Assembly: GCA_012719015.1 (NCBI GenBank)
Contig: JAAYBE010000275.1
Location: forward strand, 1 to 25,182
DNA length: 25,182 nt
Direction of reading: 5' to 3'
DNA from: Actinomycetota bacterium
GTDB lineage: Bacteria > Actinomycetota > Thermoleophilia > UBA2241
How positions within the stretch are numbered: the first letter of the stretch is position 1; each line of letters starts with the position of its first letter. Below are positions 21,966 to 25,182 of this stretch, piece after piece. The notes under the pieces were generated by a model. The model ran no database searches. It was not told where the DNA came from and was given only the letters and a program-made list of their open reading frames with translations. A program made the translations under genes and the position numbers.

Positions 21966-24715
21966 TCTCGATCGTCATCGACCCGGACCTGCGCTACCCG
22001 GACCCGGCGGACCACTTCTCCCCCGACGAACGCTTCCCGGAATACCGTCTCGGGCACATCTCCGCGCGTCCCAACCCCGTTTACCGGGCGGTGCGGAACC
22101 TGTTCGTGCAGGCCGGGCTGGACGCCGCTCACCTGGGCACGGCCGACTGGAACCCGCTGGGCGAGTACGTCAGGCCGGGCAGCCGCGTCTTCCTCCTCTG
22201 CAACTTCATGCAGGAGCGTCGGGCGGACGAGTCCCGGGAGGACTTCTTCTCGCGCTGCTCGCACGGGTCGGTGATCCGGGCGCTGGCCGACTACGTGCTG
22301 ATCGCCGCCGGCGACACGGGGCACGTGAGCATCGGTAACGCACCGATACAGTTCTGCGACTGGGAGGCCGTGCTGCGCGACACGGAGGCCCGCGAGGTGC
22401 TGGACTTCTACGCCTCGGCCGGCGCGCCCGTCGCGGCCCGCGACCTGCGTCTCAAGGTGACGGCGGCCACGCGCCTCGGGGCGATCCGCAGCGTCGAGCG
22501 GCGCGACGAGACGGAGGGCGTGCACGTGCGCCTGGACGGCGACAGCCTGTTCGCCGGGCAGGACGCCCAGCGTCCGCGCTACCGCGTGATGAACTACGAC
22601 CCGCGACGGACGCAGCGGTTCCACGAGGGCGGACGCCACGAGTACGTGATCCACCGCGAGATCCTCGAGTCGGACGTGATCGTCAGCGCCGTGAAGCTCA
22701 AGACGCACGAGAAGGTGGGCATCACCTGCGGCATCAAGGGCATGGTGGGCACCGTGGCCCACAAGGACTCGCTGCCGCACCACCGCTACGGCCCCCCCGA
22801 CCGCGGCGGCGACGAATACCCGTCGGAGGACGCGGCGTTCGCACGGCTGGCGACCGGCGTGCACGAACTGGTGCAGCGCACCACACCCGACAGCCGCACC
22901 GGCAGCGCCCTGCGCGTGGGGTACAAGGTCCTGCGTCGCGCCGTCCGCAGCCGCACTCCGGTCGTCGAGGGCGCGTGGCACGGCAACGACACCACCTGGC
23001 GCATGGCCACGGACGTGGCCCGCATCGCCGTCCACGCCGACGCAGAGGGCGTCATGCACGAGACCCCGCAGCGCCGCGTCGTCGTGCTCACCGACGGGGT
23101 GATCGGCGGAGAGGGCGACGGGCCGTACATGTCCACTGCGGTCCACAGCGGGATCCTCGCCCTCGCCGACGACCTCGCCGCCGCCGACCACGCGAACGCT
23201 CTCCTGATGGGCTTCGACCCGGATCGCATCCCCCTCGTGCGCGAAGCGCCGCGCCTCGAGACGTATCCGCTCACGGACGGCGACCCGCGCCGGGCCGAGG
23301 TGACGCTGAACGGACGGGCCATGCCGATGACCGAGTTCGGGCGACTCGAGCGCACGCCCTACGAGCCTGAGACCAACTGGCGCGCCGTGCTCGGCCGGGA
23401 CGCCGTGCCGATGCCTGACGGGCCGGACGCGCCGGCCCACGGGCCGCGGGCCGCGAGCGAGTCGCGTCGGCCGGCTCAGCCCGCGCCGGCCGTGGTCGTC
23501 CCGGCCGACCGGCCCGCCGCGCTCGGCATCGCACGCTCGCTCGGCTCGCGCGGCGTCACCGTCTACGGCGTCGACTCCGACCTCCTCGCCCCGGCCATGG
23601 CGTCGCGCCACGTGACCCCGGTCCGGCTGCCCCGCGGCGACGCCTCCGACGAGACGCGTCTCCGCGCGCTGCTCGACCTCGGGCGAAGGATCGGCCGCCG
23701 CGCCGTCCTCTTCCCCGTCAGCGACTCGGCCGCGCTGCTCTGCTCGCGCCACCGGGACACGCTGCGCGAGCACTACGACTTCGTCATGCCGGAGGCCGAT
23801 GCGCTCGACCGCCTGCTCAGCAAGGACGGGCTGCATGAGCTCGCCGAAGAGCACGGCATCCCGGCGCCGCGCATGTTCCCGGTGGCGAACCGTGAGGAGG
23901 CCGAGACCATCGCCGACCGACTCCCCTACCCGGTGATCATCAAGCCGGTGTTCAGCCCGTCCTGGCAGAACCCGGAGGTCAGAGCCCTGCTGCGCACCAC
24001 CGCCCTGGGCGGCGGACCCAAGGTCGTGCTCTGCGGGAACGCGGCCGAGCTGCTCGCCGCCCACGGGAAGATCGCCGCCCACGACCCGCGCATGATCTTC
24101 GAGGAGGTCATCCCCGGGGAGGATCCCAGCCTCCTCTACCACTGCTTCTACCTGGACCGGGACTCACGCCCCCTGGCCACGTTCGCCGGACGCAAGCTGC
24201 GCCTGCTGCCGGTGGGCTTCGGATCGGCCTCCTTCGTACAGAGCGTCCACGATCCCGAGCTGGAGCGACTCAGTCTCGACCTGCTCGCAAAGATCCGCTA
24301 CCAAGGCCTGGGCGGAGTGGAGTTCAAGCGTGACGCGCGCGACGGACGCCTGAAGCTGATCGAGTTCAACGCGCGTTACGGCATGTGGGACTCGCTCGGC
24401 GTGCGCTGCGGCGTCGACATCCCGTGGGCCGCCTACCGGGACGCGTTGGGCGAGCCCGTCGAGCCCCGGCACCACTACCGCACCGGCGTCAAATGGGTCG
24501 ACCTGCAGCGCGACGCGCGCGCCTTCCTCCAGTACCGCTCCGCAGGCCGGCTCGGCCCCGCCGGATGGCTCCGCTCGCTGCTGGGCGAGAAGGACTGGGC
24601 CTACTTCGACCGCCGCGACTGGCGCCCGGCGGTGCTGGCGGCGGCGGAGCAGGCGCGGGCGTTGAGGAGACTGGCGAAGGACGGGGGAAGGAAGGTCGGG
24701 CGCAGTCAGTCGTGA
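21962..24715 (+). CDS. Two-domain protein: N-terminal DUF362-like domain fused to a D-aspartate-ligase-like ATP-grasp domain (917 aa)
   Basis: ATG overlaps the FemX-like stop (ATGA). DUF362-type WNPLG, SDVIVSAVKLKTHEKVGITCGIKGMVG and D.A..D..NALLMGFDP.RIP. ATP-grasp ALGIARSLG, LFPVSD, YPVIIKP, EEVIPG, GRKLR and GVEFKRD...LIEFNAR. Confidence 0.8.
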   Translation: MISIVIDPDLRYPDPADHFSPDERFPEYRLGHISARPNPVYRAVRNLFVQAGLDAAHLGTADWNPLGEYVRPGSRVFLLCNFMQERRADESREDFFSRCSHGSVIRALADYVLIAAGDTGHVSIGNAPIQFCDWEAVLRDTEAREVLDFYASAGAPVAARDLRLKVTAATRLGAIRSVERRDETEGVHVRLDGDSLFAGQDAQRPRYRVMNYDPRRTQRFHEGGRHEYVIHREILESDVIVSAVKLKTHEKVGITCGIKGMVGTVAHKDSLPHHRYGPPDRGGDEYPSEDAAFARLATGVHELVQRTTPDSRTGSALRVGYKVLRRAVRSRTPVVEGAWHGNDTTWRMATDVARIAVHADAEGVMHETPQRRVVVLTDGVIGGEGDGPYMSTAVHSGILALADDLAAADHANALLMGFDPDRIPLVREAPRLETYPLTDGDPRRAEVTLNGRAMPMTEFGRLERTPYEPETNWRAVLGRDAVPMPDGPDAPAHGPRAASESRRPAQPAPAVVVPADRPAALGIARSLGSRGVTVYGVDSDLLAPAMASRHVTPVRLPRGDASDETRLRALLDLGRRIGRRAVLFPVSDSAALLCSRHRDTLREHYDFVMPEADALDRLLSKDGLHELAEEHGIPAPRMFPVANREEAETIADRLPYPVIIKPVFSPSWQNPEVRALLRTTALGGGPKVVLCGNAAELLAAHGKIAAHDPRMIFEEVIPGEDPSLLYHCFYLDRDSRPLATFAGRKLRLLPVGFGSASFVQSVHDPELERLSLDLLAKIRYQGLGGVEFKRDARDGRLKLIEFNARYGMWDSLGVRCGVDIPWAAYRDALGEPVEPRHHYRTGVKWVDLQRDARAFLQYRSAGRLGPAGWLRSLLGEKDWAYFDRRDWRPAVLAAAEQARALRRLAKDGGRKVGRSQS

Positions 24716-24872
24716 GATGACCGTGACCGTCGCGAGAGAACCACTCGGCGGTATCCGGATGCACGCCAGGTGTGGCATCATCCCCTGCCATGGCCATTCG
24801 TGCGGACGCCTGGACGCGGGGCACGACGTGTCCCGGCAGACCACTGTCACAAGCTCACTCGGGAGGCATTCC

Positions 24873-25181
24873 ATGAGCTGTCAGATTCGAAGGCGGCGCT
24901 CCGTCGACGCGATCGTCACAGGCTTGACCACAGCCCTTTTTGTCGTCGCCGCCCTGATCAGCACCCTCGTGGGAGCGACTCCCGCAGCCGCGGCCGTCGA
25001 CCCGTCGCCGCCGGTCTCCCCCACCAAACTCATCTTCATCCACCACTCCACCGGCGAGCTCTGGCTGGCCGACGACCACGGCGGCCTCGGGCTCGAGCTG
25101 CGCAGGAACGACTACTTCGTCAGCGACACCAACTACGGCTGGGGCCGTTCGCTGCCTCCCAGCCGCGGCGAGGACATCGGC
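24873..25181 (+). CDS. Secreted protein of unknown function, N-terminal part only (runs off the window; absent from the ORF track)
   Basis: SD GGGAGG then ATG 24873. MSCQIRRRRSVDAIVTGLTTALFVVAALISTLVGATPAAAA is a signal peptide, followed by KLIFIHHSTGELWL...GGLG...YFVSDTNYGWG. No stop before the window end; high GC3. Confidence 0.8.
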   Translation, partial: MSCQIRRRRSVDAIVTGLTTALFVVAALISTLVGATPAAAAVDPSPPVSPTKLIFIHHSTGELWLADDHGGLGLELRRNDYFVSDTNYGWGRSLPPSRGEDIG

Positions 25182-25182
25182 A

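Noticed and set aside
24769-24788. TGGCA...TGC resembling a sigma-54 promoter upstream of the last gene
   Set aside because: GG to GC spacing is 11 nt instead of the required 10.
1-25182. CRISPR arrays, tRNA/rRNA genes, IS elements, integrases or phase-variable homopolymer tracts
   Set aside because: None seen: no regularly spaced repeats, cloverleafs, transposase motifs or long simple-sequence runs.

Overview
A very GC-rich (roughly 70-75% by eye) bacterial window that is almost entirely one Wzx/Wzy-type surface or exopolysaccharide locus. A monoderm actinobacterium is my inference, from GT87 enzymes, a FemABX-type protein, a fused Wzc with a short extracellular loop and no Wza in the window. 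Gene order: partial GT87 (+), 4-TM membrane protein (-), GtrA and a second GT87 (+), Gfo/Idh/MocA dehydrogenase, priming sugar transferase and DegT aminotransferase (-), Wzc-like tyrosine autokinase (+), secreted CBM32 plus beta-helix protein (+), hexapeptide acyltransferase and Wzx flippase (-), GT2 and Wzy/O-antigen-ligase-family protein (+), GT-B glycosyltransferase (-), FemAB-like GNAT (+), polysaccharide deacetylase-like protein (-), then a translationally coupled GT4, FemX-like, DUF362/ATP-grasp fusion unit (+), and the start of a secreted protein missing from the ORF track. The most interesting items are (i) an amide-bond-forming module inside the polysaccharide locus, possibly an aminoacyl decoration system, (ii) the DUF362/ATP-grasp fusion, (iii) a structured ~150 nt leader that hides the RBS of the beta-helix gene, (iv) an Arg-rich module on that secreted protein, (v) a small decayed Ig-like ORF and (vi) a repeated TGTCA-N4-TGAC(A/G) palindrome. 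I saw no rRNA, tRNA, CRISPR array or mobile element. Family assignments come from motif recognition by eye, not database searches.
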